Source of the DNA: Acidobacteriota bacterium
GTDB taxonomy: Bacteria; Acidobacteriota; UBA6911; RPQK01; JAJDTT01
Direction of reading: 5' to 3'
DNA length: 64,000 nt
Assembly (NCBI GenBank): GCA_965263035.1
Contig: OZ253580.1
Span: 3,776,001-3,840,000 of the forward strand
Below the pieces are notes generated by a model that did not search any database, had not been told where the DNA came from, and worked only from the letters and a program-made list of their open reading frames with translations. Shown here piece by piece: positions 29,624 through 39,940 of this stretch. The position numbers and the translations under genes were made by a program. The number at the start of each line of letters is the position of its first letter. Position 1 is the first letter of the stretch.

Positions 29624-32280
29624 ATGCGCATGCAAATCGAAGGTGAGAGCCGGTCTGCAACGTGGTCATTCTGCCTGATGGCCGCGCTGAATTTTTCCCA
29701 GGTCCAACCGTTGGCCGCGGCGGAGAGCAAAGCCGCCGAGCCCAGCGACGTGTCCGCCATCGGCACTCTTTCGGGTTTCGTGGTCAACGTGGCCAACGGC
29801 ACCTTTCTCACCGGCGTGGAAGTCCGAACCCGTCCTCAGGCCGGTCAGGCGGTTTCGAATCTGGACGGCATCTTCCAGATGGACGTTCCCGCCGGGACCT
29901 ACGAACTGGAGGTCCAGAAAGAGGGTTACATCCCCCAGGTCATCCGCGGAGTGAAGGTGGCCGAGGCCGACCAGGCCTCCGAAGCCGCCCTTCTGGTGGA
30001 ACGGAAGACGGCACCCACGGTGAGCGATTCCATCGGGGCCCAGGAGATGTCCCGGATGGTCGGCTCCGACGCCAGCGACGTGATGCAGCGGGTCACCGGG
30101 GTCTCCATCGTGGACAGCAAGTACGTCTACATCCGGGGCCTGGGGGAGCGCTACAGCTCCACCATGCTCAACGGCGCCGTGGTCCCCTCCACCCGTCCGG
30201 ACAAGAAGGTGGTCCCCATGGACCTCGTTCCTGCCGCGTTGCTGCAGAACATCCGCACCGAGAAGTCCTACACCCCCGACCAGCCGGGCGAGTTCTCCGG
30301 CGGCCTGGTGAAGATGAACACGGTGGATTTTCCCCGCAGTCCCATCCTCAAGCTCAGCTATGGGACCGGCTTCGGCAGCACCACCACCTTCAAGGACTTC
30401 GCCGACTATCCGGGCGGCAGCCGGGACTGGCTCGGATTCGACGACGGGACCCGCGTGCTGCCGAGCGGGATTCCCAACCAGAGACTGACGCGTCGTGGAC
30501 CCTTCTCCGATACGGGTTTTACGCCGACCGAGTTGCAGGGCTACGGGCAGTCCTTCAGCAACGTCTGGACGCCTCGCGGTGGTCGGAACGCGATTCCCAA
30601 CCAGAGTTTCAACTTCATGGCCGGCAACACCTTCGGCAAGTTGGGAGTGGTCCTGGCCCTTTCCCACGGCAACAAATCGCACCGGCAGCAGGAAAGCCGG
30701 AACTACTACCGTTCGGCGGGTCAGGGGAAGCTCTCCCCCTTGCGGGAATACGAGATGGACTTCAGCACCCGCTCCATCCTGACCGGCATCACCGCCAACT
30801 TCGCCTACGAGCTCACCGACAACAACCGGATCCAGTTCCAGAACTTCTTCAGCAAGGACACCAGCGACGAGTCCCGTTTCTTCGAGGGTTACGACTCGGA
30901 CGGGCAACAGCTTTCTGACTTGGCGTCTTTCTTACTCCCTCTCCAGCCTGGACGAACCGGATCTGCGAGAAGCTCTCTACGAAGAACGGAACGATCGCTT
31001 CCTGCTGGCCGACGAGAGCCAGAGCGGCTTCCGGCTCTTCAACGACCTGGATGAGGACATCTGGGAGCCGGGTCTCGACTGGACCACCTATTTCAACCAC
31101 GGCAGCGTGAACAGCTCCATCAAGGTCGGAGCGTCCTACCGGTCGCGCCAGCGGGACTTCCTCTCGCGGGGGTTCCGGTTCGCTCCCCTGCGGACGGCGG
31201 GGATCGATCTGACCCAGACGCCGGAGCGGATCTTCACCCCCCGGAATATCCATCCCAGCGGCTTCGAGCTGCGGGAGGAGACGCGCCCCACCGACACCTA
31301 CGACGCCAAGCAATTGACCCGCGCCGGCTACGCCATGCTGGATCTGTCCATCGACAATTGGCGGTTCATCGGCGGCGCGCGGGTGGAGGCCGATTCGCAA
31401 CGCGTGGAGACCTTCGATCCCTTTGACCGCACGGCCCCTACGGGCGTCTCGACGCGCCTCGACAACACGGACCTGCTCCCCGCCTTCTCGGTGGTGTACC
31501 GCCTCGACAACGACATGAATCTGCGGGGTGGCTACGGAAGGACCCTGAATCGCCCCGAGTTTCGCGAGTTGTCTCCCTTCGAATTCACCGACGTGGTGGG
31601 AGGCCGGGCCGTTGTCGGCGACCCGGAATTGGTCCGGGCCCGGATCCAGAACTGGGACTTTCGGTGGGAATGGTTCATGAGTTCCAACGAACTGCTTTCG
31701 GCCGGCTTCTTCTTCAAGGACTTCGAGAACCCCATTGAGAGAGATTCAGTTGACCGCTCAGCTCAGGACCTCCTTCATCAACGCGCAGGGCGCCAAGAAT
31801 CTGGGGATCGAGTTGGAGACACGCAAGAACCTGGGCGGCCTCTCGTCCGCTCTGCAGAACTTCTTCGTCTCGGCCAACTACACCTTGGTCGACTCGGCGG
31901 TGGAAATCTCCCGAGAGCAGGTTCCGTTGGTCACCAAATTGAATCGGGTGTTGGAAGGACAATCCCGGCACATCTGCAACGGGGTCCTTCAGTACGAGCA
32001 CCCGACGGCCGGGTCCATGGCCCGGCTGCTCTACAACTACCAGGGGGATCGAATTTCGGATGTCGGCGCTCAGGGCTTGCCTGACGTGGTTCAGGTCGGG
32101 GTCCCCCGCATGGACGCCGTTTTCATCCAACCTCTGGGCAAGAGCCGGAGGCTCAAGGTCAGCGCCGAAAACCTGCTGGACCACCAGTACGAGTACCGGC
32201 AGGGGGACCGGATTCAGCGCTCGTATCGAATCGGACGGAGCTTCTCCGTCGGTATTTCCAAGACCTTCTTCAGAGAGTAG
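29624..32280 (+). pseudogene. TonB-dependent receptor, split by two frameshifts
   Basis: CarboxypepD_reg-like N-terminus, plug (IRGLGERYS-LNG, MDLVP), barrel continuing in other frames after ~30902 and ~31740; ends SVGISKTFFRE. Confidence 0.8.
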
Positions 32281-32323
32281 ACGACTAACCCTGAATCACT
32301 TGTAGAAAAAGGAGCCACGACCC

Positions 32324-34147
32324 ATGCGAAGAATCATTTCGGTAATGATTCTGACTTTGATCCCGATCCTGGCGGTCGCCAATCCGGCGGGCGCTGTGGA
32401 GGGTGCCGGAGCGGCTGGGGACATCCAGTTCGTGCAGCTGATGGATCAGTCCAGCGGCCCTCACGCCAGCATCTTTCTGCGGACCAACGAAGTCGGCTAT
32501 TTGACCCAGTCCGACGATCCGCGGAACCAGATCATGGTGAGGGTGGACCTGGATCCCAACGGCCACATGTACGACAAGACCTATTTCGTTTCCTTCCTGA
32601 ACAAGGAGACGGGAGAGTCCCGGTACCTCGATGTGACGGGTGGCCGGCCGCGGGATGCCTCCGACGGAGTCGTTGATTTCGAAGGGAATCCCCCCGCTGA
32701 AGCCAACGCCTATCCCATCCCGGCCCTTGCGGCGCCTCTGAACACTCTCGTCGGCCCCGCGCCTGCTCCCGTGAGCACGTTGGATCCCAGTGACCTGGGC
32801 GCCGGCCGCTGGGCCGCCGTCTTCGACATCCGGGACGTCACCGGGACCCGGATCTCCCAGCGGGCCTACTGGCATTTCGTCATTGCCGAGCAGGCGACGG
32901 AACTGCCCGCCGAGATCAACGCCGATATGACTCTCGACTGGAGGACCCTCTGGATTCTGCCATCGCGACTGCATACCGTCGGTCCCGGCGCCACCCTGAC
33001 CATCGAGCCCGGCACGGTGCTGTTGGGCACCGACATCGCGACTCTGATTGGACGAGGAGGTCGGATTCATGCCGAGGGAACTGCGCTCAGCCCCATCATC
33101 ATGACCTCCGACGAGAGCGTGGGTTCTCGGCGCGTTCAGGGTTGGGGTGGACTGGTGCTCGCCGGCAACGCTCCCATCAACGGTTGCGAGGGCGGCAATT
33201 GTGAAGGAGACGTCGAGGGAGTGAGCAATGCCAAGTACGGCGGGAACGATCCGGCAGATGACAGCGGCGTGCTGAAGTACGTCCGAGTGGAATTTGCAGG
33301 GGCGGAGTTCTCACCCGAAAACGAGCTCAACGGTATCGCCTTCCACGGTATCGGCAACCAGACCGAGGTCGACTATGTCCAAGTCCATTACAACAAGGAC
33401 GACGGCATCGAGATGTTCGGGGGTACTGCCAATATCAGACACGCACTCCTGACGGGGGTTGCCGACGACAGCCTTGATTACCCCGAAGGCTGGGTGGGCA
33501 AGGCTCAGTTCATCTGCATCCAGCAGGACAAGTCCGACGCCGACAACGGTTTCGAGTTCGACAGCAACGGCGAAGCCAACGATCTGCTGCCCCGCTCCAA
33601 TCCCACGATTTCGAATGTGACTCTTGTGGGTGGCAATCCGGGCGCGGGCAGTGACGCGGAGAGTGACATCGGCATGCTGGTGCGCGAAGGCACTGCGGGC
33701 CAGACCTACAACTCCATTGTCATCGGTTTCGGCCGTGAAGCGGTCGTGATTGATCAGGCGGCCACCACCCGGCAGATCGACAGCGGGGATCTCGTGATTG
33801 CCAACAACATCTTTGGTCCGAACCGAACTCGGGAATCCCAGCGAGTTCAGTTCGCGGCTGGTAGTGACGCCGGCGGCTGCGGTGTTGACGCCTGGATCCG
33901 GGGTGCGTCCCCGATGAATCGCTTTGCCGATTCGGCGAGTGCGGTGGGCTTGGCCGATCCGTTCAACGCTCTGTCCCCCGACTTCCGGCCCCTGCCCAAC
34001 TCCATGGCCCTTGACGTGAACTACGTCAAGACGCTGCCGGAAGACGGTTTCTTCACGCCGGTGACCTATGCGGGTTGTGTAGGTCCAAACGACGATTGGA
34101 TTCACAGCTGGAGCACCAGTGAACCGTCTCTGGCGTCCGGCAACTAA
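32324..34147 (+). CDS. Secreted parallel beta-helix protein associated with the TonB receptor
   Basis: Signal peptide; GATLTIEPGT, WGGLVLAG-APIN, DDSGVLKYVRVEFAG, DDGIEMFGG, DNGFEFD; SD AAAGGAG. Confidence 0.85.
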   Translation: MRRIISVMILTLIPILAVANPAGAVEGAGAAGDIQFVQLMDQSSGPHASIFLRTNEVGYLTQSDDPRNQIMVRVDLDPNGHMYDKTYFVSFLNKETGESRYLDVTGGRPRDASDGVVDFEGNPPAEANAYPIPALAAPLNTLVGPAPAPVSTLDPSDLGAGRWAAVFDIRDVTGTRISQRAYWHFVIAEQATELPAEINADMTLDWRTLWILPSRLHTVGPGATLTIEPGTVLLGTDIATLIGRGGRIHAEGTALSPIIMTSDESVGSRRVQGWGGLVLAGNAPINGCEGGNCEGDVEGVSNAKYGGNDPADDSGVLKYVRVEFAGAEFSPENELNGIAFHGIGNQTEVDYVQVHYNKDDGIEMFGGTANIRHALLTGVADDSLDYPEGWVGKAQFICIQQDKSDADNGFEFDSNGEANDLLPRSNPTISNVTLVGGNPGAGSDAESDIGMLVREGTAGQTYNSIVIGFGREAVVIDQAATTRQIDSGDLVIANNIFGPNRTRESQRVQFAAGSDAGGCGVDAWIRGASPMNRFADSASAVGLADPFNALSPDFRPLPNSMALDVNYVKTLPEDGFFTPVTYAGCVGPNDDWIHSWSTSEPSLASGN

Positions 34148-34163
34148 TCGACCGGAGACTTCG

Positions 34164-34199
34164 AAGCGGGCCCGGCGGACGTTGGTTTCCGGGCCCGCC
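34164..34199 (+). terminator. GC-rich hairpin after the beta-helix gene
   Basis: GCGGGCCCGG/CCGGGCCCGC inverted repeat without a U-tract. Confidence 0.35.
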
Positions 34200-34224
34200 C
34201 CAGCACGGCGTAGCGTGAAGCAGG

Positions 34225-34807
34225 ATGACGATGCAATCAGAAAGATCCCGACCCGCAAGAGAATCTGTGGCGAGCCCCTGGCTCTTGGGAATCGGAGGCA
34301 TGGTGGTCCTGGCGGTGTCCCTCGCGTTGCTCTTCACCGGATTCAGCCAAAGTTCGCTGTTGGTGGAAGAAGGCGAGTTGAAGGATTCCGCGGTCTCGCC
34401 GCATGCGTTGGGGCGCCTGCTGCTGGAGCGGCTGCAAGAAGGGGATCTCTCGGAGGTCGGCCAACTCGGCCTTTCCAAGGAGGAGTGGGTCCGCCACGTC
34501 TGGCCGGTGAGTGCGGCTAACCGGCCCGGCTCCAACTTCACACCCGATTTCGTCCGGGGTCTGGACGCCGCCGGGAGTCAGCGGGACCTTTCCGGCACCG
34601 TAAGGCGTTACGGCGGGAAAGAGTTGGAGTTGATCCGGGTCCGACTTCCGGAAGGGTATTCGGGATTATGACGGCTTTCGCCTGCACCGGGACGCCCGCT
34701 TGGAGGTGGGTCTTCGGGACGGCGGGAAACGGGAATTGAAGCTGTTCAGTTCCGTCTTCGAGCGAAACGGGGAGTTCAAGATCTTTAGCTTCAAGAATGA
34801 CAATTGA
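34225..34807 (+). pseudogene. Membrane-anchored hypothetical protein with +1 frameshift
   Basis: ORF stops at 34671, but the +1 frame continues DYDGFRLHRDARLEV...LFSSVFERNGEFKIFSFKNDN to TGA 34805-34807; likely extra G in GAAGGGTATT. Confidence 0.6.
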
Positions 34808-34825
34808 AGTGGGGGAGGGAAAATA

Positions 34826-35596
34826 ATGTCGGGTTTCAGAATTCTAATTTTGTCCATGTTCTTCGGGGCGGTCCTGGCGCAGGACCAAACCGTATACATT
34901 GCGCAGGTGGGTCACGGCGCCGGCTTCGAGACGACGCTCAGCTTCGTCGGACTGACCAACACCACGACGAACATCCTGATCGAAACCTTCGATAACGACG
35001 GCGACCCTGTCGCTCTTCTGAACAGGCCTGACGTCGTTACCACTATCGGTGCCTCCATCGGCGTTCCGGTTGGCAGCGCAGGTGCAGCCGAAAGTTATGG
35101 TATCGAAGTGCCGCCCATGGGAACGCGAGAAGGCCAGAGCCTGAATGAAAACGAGGCCACGCTTGAGGTGGGCTACGCGAAGATCACTTCGGACAGTCCG
35201 GTCGGAATAGAGGCGGTGTTCCGCAATTTTGCGAACGGCGTTCGGGTCACCACGACCAGCGTACTGCCCGAGAGTCCGACCACGGGTTTCTCCATGTTGG
35301 CCTACGGACAAACCGGGCTCGCGCTCTTGAACCCGCCCGACAACGGAGGGACCGCAGAGGTCACGGTGAGCCTCTTTGACGGTGCGGGCAGAATGTTGGG
35401 TGAGCGCATGATCCCCTTGGCCGCCGGCAGCAAGGCCGTGGCATTCCTCAATCAGGCGCCTTTCTTCAGTCCGGAGATGGCGCCCGGGGATTTCTTCGGC
35501 TCCGTCGAGATCAGCTCGACGCAACCGGTTGTGCCGGTGGTCATCAAGATCGAAGGCAGCGCCTTGGTCACCCAGACCGTCCAGCCTGCCCGATAA
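34826..35596 (+). CDS. Secreted hypothetical protein (beta-rich)
   Basis: Signal peptide ending VLA, SD GGAGG, two Ig-like-looking modules. Confidence 0.75.
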   Translation: MSGFRILILSMFFGAVLAQDQTVYIAQVGHGAGFETTLSFVGLTNTTTNILIETFDNDGDPVALLNRPDVVTTIGASIGVPVGSAGAAESYGIEVPPMGTREGQSLNENEATLEVGYAKITSDSPVGIEAVFRNFANGVRVTTTSVLPESPTTGFSMLAYGQTGLALLNPPDNGGTAEVTVSLFDGAGRMLGERMIPLAAGSKAVAFLNQAPFFSPEMAPGDFFGSVEISSTQPVVPVVIKIEGSALVTQTVQPAR

Positions 35597-35611
35597 AGTC
35601 AGATCGCGTGT

Positions 35612-35723
35612 GGCACCGGCGGCTGGGACCGCCGGTGCCGACGCCTTTCGCTCCGTGGCGCCGAGAATCGTCCCGGCGCGATCTCAACAGGCGTCACCAG
35701 CCGTCCCTCCCGACGCTTTTTTT
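35612..35723. terminator. Terminator hairpins between convergent genes
   Basis: GGCACCGGCGG/CCGCCGGTGCC stem, and GCGTC/GACGC stem followed by T7. Confidence 0.5.
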
Positions 35724-35746
35724 ACTCGCTCCGCAATCTCTGTCGT

Positions 35747-37057
35747 TCAGATCTTCTCCGGCAGCGTCCAAGGCTCCCGGTACGGCTTGGTGAGCATGGC
35801 ATTGGCTTCCGAATCGCGGGGAAAGGTCTCCGTCTCCGGATCGAACTCCAGGACGCGGCCGACCCGATAGGCGATCTCGGCCAGGTGAATGACGCCGCAA
35901 CTGAGATGGGCGACGTCGGCCGGGGCATTGGGTGGCTTCCTGGTCTTGACGGAATCCAGGAAGTTGTACATGTGGGCTCTCGAGTTTTGGGCGAACTCCC
36001 GTCCCGTGATGCCCGGTCCCTTTTCCTCCTTGCGGCCCATATAGACCTGGAAGTGGCCGCGGCGGGAGAAGATCATGTAACCCTCCGTCCCGTAGAAGGC
36101 GTTGCCGTTGTCGTACCCGTGGAGCCCGTAGGGGGTCCACAGCCGGTCCTCGTAGAGCAGCACCTTCCCTTCGGCGTACTGGAGAGCCACCGTCATGTTG
36201 TCCGGATACTCCCGTTCTCCTTCCAGGTCGATGGTGCTGCCATGGGCGGTGATCCGGACGGGATGGGTCGTCACACCCAGGGCCCAGCGCGCCATGTCGA
36301 GGTCGTGGGCGCCGTCGTCCCCCATGTCTCCGTTTCCATAGTCCCGATAGACGCGCCAACTTCGATGGAAACGATTGGGGTTGAAGGGCCGCTTCGGCGC
36401 CGGACCCAGCCACCGGTCGTAGTCCACACCGTCGGGGACAGGACCGTCGGGCTTGGGTTCCAGGGCGTTGCCGCGCTGGACGTTCCAGGCCTTGGTCATC
36501 TTGATCTCACCCATCAGGCCCGACTTCAGGACCTCGGCCGCCCGCAGCGTCACCTCGGTGGAGCGCATCTGGGTTCCGTGCTGGACGATCCGGCCGTACT
36601 TTCGGGCGGCCTCGACCAGAAGCCTTCCCTCCCGGAACACGTGAGAGGCGGGTTTCTCGACGTAGAGGTCCTTACCCGCTTGCAGCACGGGGATGGCGAT
36701 GGGAATGTGCCAGTGGTGGGGTGTGGCCAGCACTACGGCGTCGATGGCGGCATCCTCCAGCAGCCGCCGGTAGTCCTTCACCAGCCGGGGTTTCTTGCGA
36801 TTCGCCTCCTGGACCATACCGGAGACCTGCGCCAGAACCGCATCGTCCACGTCGCAGACACATGCGAAATGGACGTCGTCCCTAAGGAGCAGGTTTTTCA
36901 GATGGCCGCGTCCCATGCCGCCGGCTCCGATGAGGCCCACGGATATCTGATCGTTCAGCGACGCCCTGGAGGCCTTCAGGGTCGGTGCGGCAAGTGTTCC
37001 GGCAGCTGTGGTTCCAGCCAGAGCGGTGAGGAATTCTCTTCGAGCTACGGATTTCAT
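35747..37057 (-). CDS. Tat-exported Gfo/Idh/MocA oxidoreductase
   Basis: ARREFL; IGAGGMG, ATPHHWH, YVEKP, GAHDLD. Confidence 0.9.
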   Translation of the reverse strand: MKSVARREFLTALAGTTAAGTLAAPTLKASRASLNDQISVGLIGAGGMGRGHLKNLLLRDDVHFACVCDVDDAVLAQVSGMVQEANRKKPRLVKDYRRLLEDAAIDAVVLATPHHWHIPIAIPVLQAGKDLYVEKPASHVFREGRLLVEAARKYGRIVQHGTQMRSTEVTLRAAEVLKSGLMGEIKMTKAWNVQRGNALEPKPDGPVPDGVDYDRWLGPAPKRPFNPNRFHRSWRVYRDYGNGDMGDDGAHDLDMARWALGVTTHPVRITAHGSTIDLEGEREYPDNMTVALQYAEGKVLLYEDRLWTPYGLHGYDNGNAFYGTEGYMIFSRRGHFQVYMGRKEEKGPGITGREFAQNSRAHMYNFLDSVKTRKPPNAPADVAHLSCGVIHLAEIAYRVGRVLEFDPETETFPRDSEANAMLTKPYREPWTLPEKI

Positions 37058-37176
37058 GCGCAGTTCCTTTCCGGTTGTGAAATTCAACGGTCCACGGTGA
37101 CCAACCGGCGGAACATCAACATCGGGATGCCGTGCCGGTCAAATGCCGCTCCGGCTCTTGCCGTATGCGGCCGTTA

Positions 37177-38250
37177 TCAGACGTCGACGCCGGACGCCTG
37201 CAGCAGGGCCCGCTGCACCGCCAGATCGTGCTCCGGCGAAAAGAATTCGACCCCTCTGCCTTCGCGGATGGCGCCGGCCAGATCGTCCACGTCGGACAGG
37301 TAGCGCGGTGAAGGTCCCACCGGCACGTCGTGGACTCCCGCGCCGAACTCACCGTGGGGGCGGCTCAGGGCCAGTCTCACCCTCGGACGGTCGGGAGAGT
37401 CGATCTGGATGGAGCCCTCCTCTCCGAAGACGTAGAAATAACGGTTCCCGTTGAGGCTGTGGCTCTTGACCACGGCCACCGCCAGGTCGAACTCGAAAGT
37501 GGCCAGCACGTCGTCCTCCAACTGGTCCGGAACCGGGTCGCTGTGGCGCAGCACTGGGCTCACGCGATTGGGAGCGCCCAGGAGCCAGATCAGGGCGTCG
37601 ATCATGTGGCCGCAGATCTCGAACATCTGTCCGCCGGGGTAGTTGTCCAAGCGCCGCCGGCCGGCCGGACTCAAGGTGTCGTTCATCTGACAGACGGCGG
37701 ATCGAATCCGGCCCAGCCAACCCTCGCGGATGGCCCGGTGGGCCAGGCGGAAGGCGGGATTGTAGCGATAGACGTATCCCATCTGGATCAGCAGTTTCCT
37801 GCGCTCAGCTTCGTGGAAGAGGCGCTCCAGGGCCGTCAGATCGGCCCCCGGAGGCTTGTCGATCTTCAGGTGCTTGTTGGCCACGATCACCCGGTGGGAG
37901 TAGCGCAGGGCCTCCAGCGGATCGGTCTCGATGCACACCATCTTCACCCGGTCGTCTCTCAGAATCTCCTCGACACTGGTCCAGGAAACGCCTTCCCATC
38001 GGCCGCTCCTCTTGGCGCGGGCGCGCAGTTCGGGGTCCGGCTCCGCCACCGCCAACACTTCGTAGTTGGAGGACTTCCGAAGCGTCTGCAGGTGACCAAC
38101 GGCGTGAGAATGGACGGTGCCGATGATAGCGGCCCCGATGGGGTGGGACGCTGCGGGAGCCGCGCCCCGCGCCCCCATGGCCGCCACACCCGTTGCTGTG
38201 GCTCCAACGGCCGTGGCAGAGAGGAACTGACGTCTAGCCATCATAGTCAT
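37177..38250 (-). CDS. Tat-exported Gfo/Idh/MocA oxidoreductase
   Basis: ARRQFL; HSHA, IDKP, YRYNPA, CGHMID. Confidence 0.88.
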   Translation of the reverse strand: MTMMARRQFLSATAVGATATGVAAMGARGAAPAASHPIGAAIIGTVHSHAVGHLQTLRKSSNYEVLAVAEPDPELRARAKRSGRWEGVSWTSVEEILRDDRVKMVCIETDPLEALRYSHRVIVANKHLKIDKPPGADLTALERLFHEAERRKLLIQMGYVYRYNPAFRLAHRAIREGWLGRIRSAVCQMNDTLSPAGRRRLDNYPGGQMFEICGHMIDALIWLLGAPNRVSPVLRHSDPVPDQLEDDVLATFEFDLAVAVVKSHSLNGNRYFYVFGEEGSIQIDSPDRPRVRLALSRPHGEFGAGVHDVPVGPSPRYLSDVDDLAGAIREGRGVEFFSPEHDLAVQRALLQASGVDV

Positions 38251-38352
38251 TCGCTTGTCTCCTGGAGTAACTGCCGACAAGCATAATCCAGTGACATGCG
38301 CGCATCAATCGTGCCTTGCCTCACCTCGTCCGGTGTGGTTCTATTTGGGCAA

Positions 38353-39762
38353 ATGCCAGACACTCCCGATCGGCCGAACCGACGGCGCTTCCTTTCCAGA
38401 ACCGCAATGACGGCGGGGTCGGCCGCAAGCGTTTCGCTGCCCGCCGCCCTGGCCTGCAATCCGAGTTCAAGCTCCTCCATTGCAACTCCCTTGGATCTTT
38501 CGGTGGCCCGGACCGAGACGGTGACGGTCGACGTCCCGTTTCGGCCGGTTCCGGCCCGAAACATGATCCGGGAAATCCCCCACTGGACGGTGTTCGAGAT
38601 CTGCAAGGTGGAGCTCAAGTGCGGTGTCGCCGGGTTCGGCGAGACCATGGAGTATTACACCTGGGGCCAGGTCTCGGAGGAGAGCCTGCAGCGGGTCCAG
38701 GGAAAAAACGCCGCCGAGCTCATGTGGGACGATTCTCTCGGAGCCGGCCTTCAGATGGCCCTCTTCGACGCTGTGGGCAAGGCCTGGGACGTCCCCTGCC
38801 ACCGGCTGCTGGGGCATCAGCTTCGGGAGCAGGCACCGGTCAGCTGGTGGGACATCGACATGCCGGGCGACGACTGGGTCCTGGAGTGCGCCGAGGCTAT
38901 GCGGCAGGGCTACAAGGCCTTCAAGACCAAGGGCCGGCCCTGGTTCGACCTGGACCAGCAGTTGGCGACCCTGATACCGACCCTTCCGGCCGACTTCGAA
39001 GTGGACATGGACTTCAACGGGTTTCTCATGGACGCCGACCGGGGCGCCGAGCGGCTCAAGCGTTGGGAGGCGTATCCGCAGATCGCCATCTACGAGACCC
39101 CCATCCCACAGGGCGACATCCCGGGAAACCAGCGTCTCAAGACGGCCACCCGGGTCCCCATCGCCATGCACTACGGGAATCCGGAGCCGGCCGTGGCGAT
39201 CCGGGAAGAGGTCTGCGACGGTTTTGTGGTGGGGGGCGGGGCCTCCAGGGTGATGGGAGCCGGGCACTTCTCGGCCGAGGTGGACCTGCCGTTCTGGCTC
39301 CAACTGGTGGGGACCACCATCACGGCCACCTTCTCTCTCCACTTGGGAGCCGTCCTCAAGCAGGCGGTCTGGCCGGCGGTGAACTGCCATCAACTCTATA
39401 CCCACGCCATGGTGCGCCAGCCCATGAAGGTGGAAGGGGGGACGGCTCCGATTCCGATGGGTCCCGGTCTGGGCGTGGAGCTGGATGAGAACGCGGTGGA
39501 GCGGTTTCGCATAGAGCCTCTCAAGGAAAGGCCCTACCCGGCTCCCGGGCTCCTGATTGGCATCCGGTGGCCTTCCGGCCGAACCAGCTACTACGCCCAC
39601 GCCCGTCAATACTGGGAAGACTTCCACGCCGACAAGCTCCCCGTCTTCGCGTCCGGCGTAGACCTCAAGAGCATCCCCGACGACGGGTCGGAAGCGTGGA
39701 GAAACCTGCAGGCTCAGGCGCAGAAGGGGGGAGTGCACCTGGAGGAGCCTCGGTTGTGGTAA
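38353..39762 (+). CDS. Tat-exported enolase-superfamily (mandelate racemase-like) protein
   Basis: NRRRFLS; MALFDAVGK, FKTK, DMDFN, YETP, PGLGVELD. Confidence 0.85.
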   Translation: MPDTPDRPNRRRFLSRTAMTAGSAASVSLPAALACNPSSSSSIATPLDLSVARTETVTVDVPFRPVPARNMIREIPHWTVFEICKVELKCGVAGFGETMEYYTWGQVSEESLQRVQGKNAAELMWDDSLGAGLQMALFDAVGKAWDVPCHRLLGHQLREQAPVSWWDIDMPGDDWVLECAEAMRQGYKAFKTKGRPWFDLDQQLATLIPTLPADFEVDMDFNGFLMDADRGAERLKRWEAYPQIAIYETPIPQGDIPGNQRLKTATRVPIAMHYGNPEPAVAIREEVCDGFVVGGGASRVMGAGHFSAEVDLPFWLQLVGTTITATFSLHLGAVLKQAVWPAVNCHQLYTHAMVRQPMKVEGGTAPIPMGPGLGVELDENAVERFRIEPLKERPYPAPGLLIGIRWPSGRTSYYAHARQYWEDFHADKLPVFASGVDLKSIPDDGSEAWRNLQAQAQKGGVHLEEPRLW

Positions 39763-39776
39763 CCACCCGAACCCAA

Positions 39777-39926
39777 GCAGCCCGTGGCAAAAGTCGCCGC
39801 GGCATTCGACCGTCCCTGCATCGTGCGCGGACTGCGTTGCGACTCGGTCACATACTCCCTCATCGCGCCTGGTCCGGCGGGCGCAGGACCGGTCTCGGTG
39901 CTCGCGGGACTTTCACCACGGACTGC
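39777..39926. mobile_element. MITE-like palindromic element, family A copy 2
   Basis: Near-identical to 7661-7822 apart from an 11-nt internal deletion and a few substitutions. Confidence 0.75.
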
Positions 39927-39940
39927 AAGGAGGAGACTTC

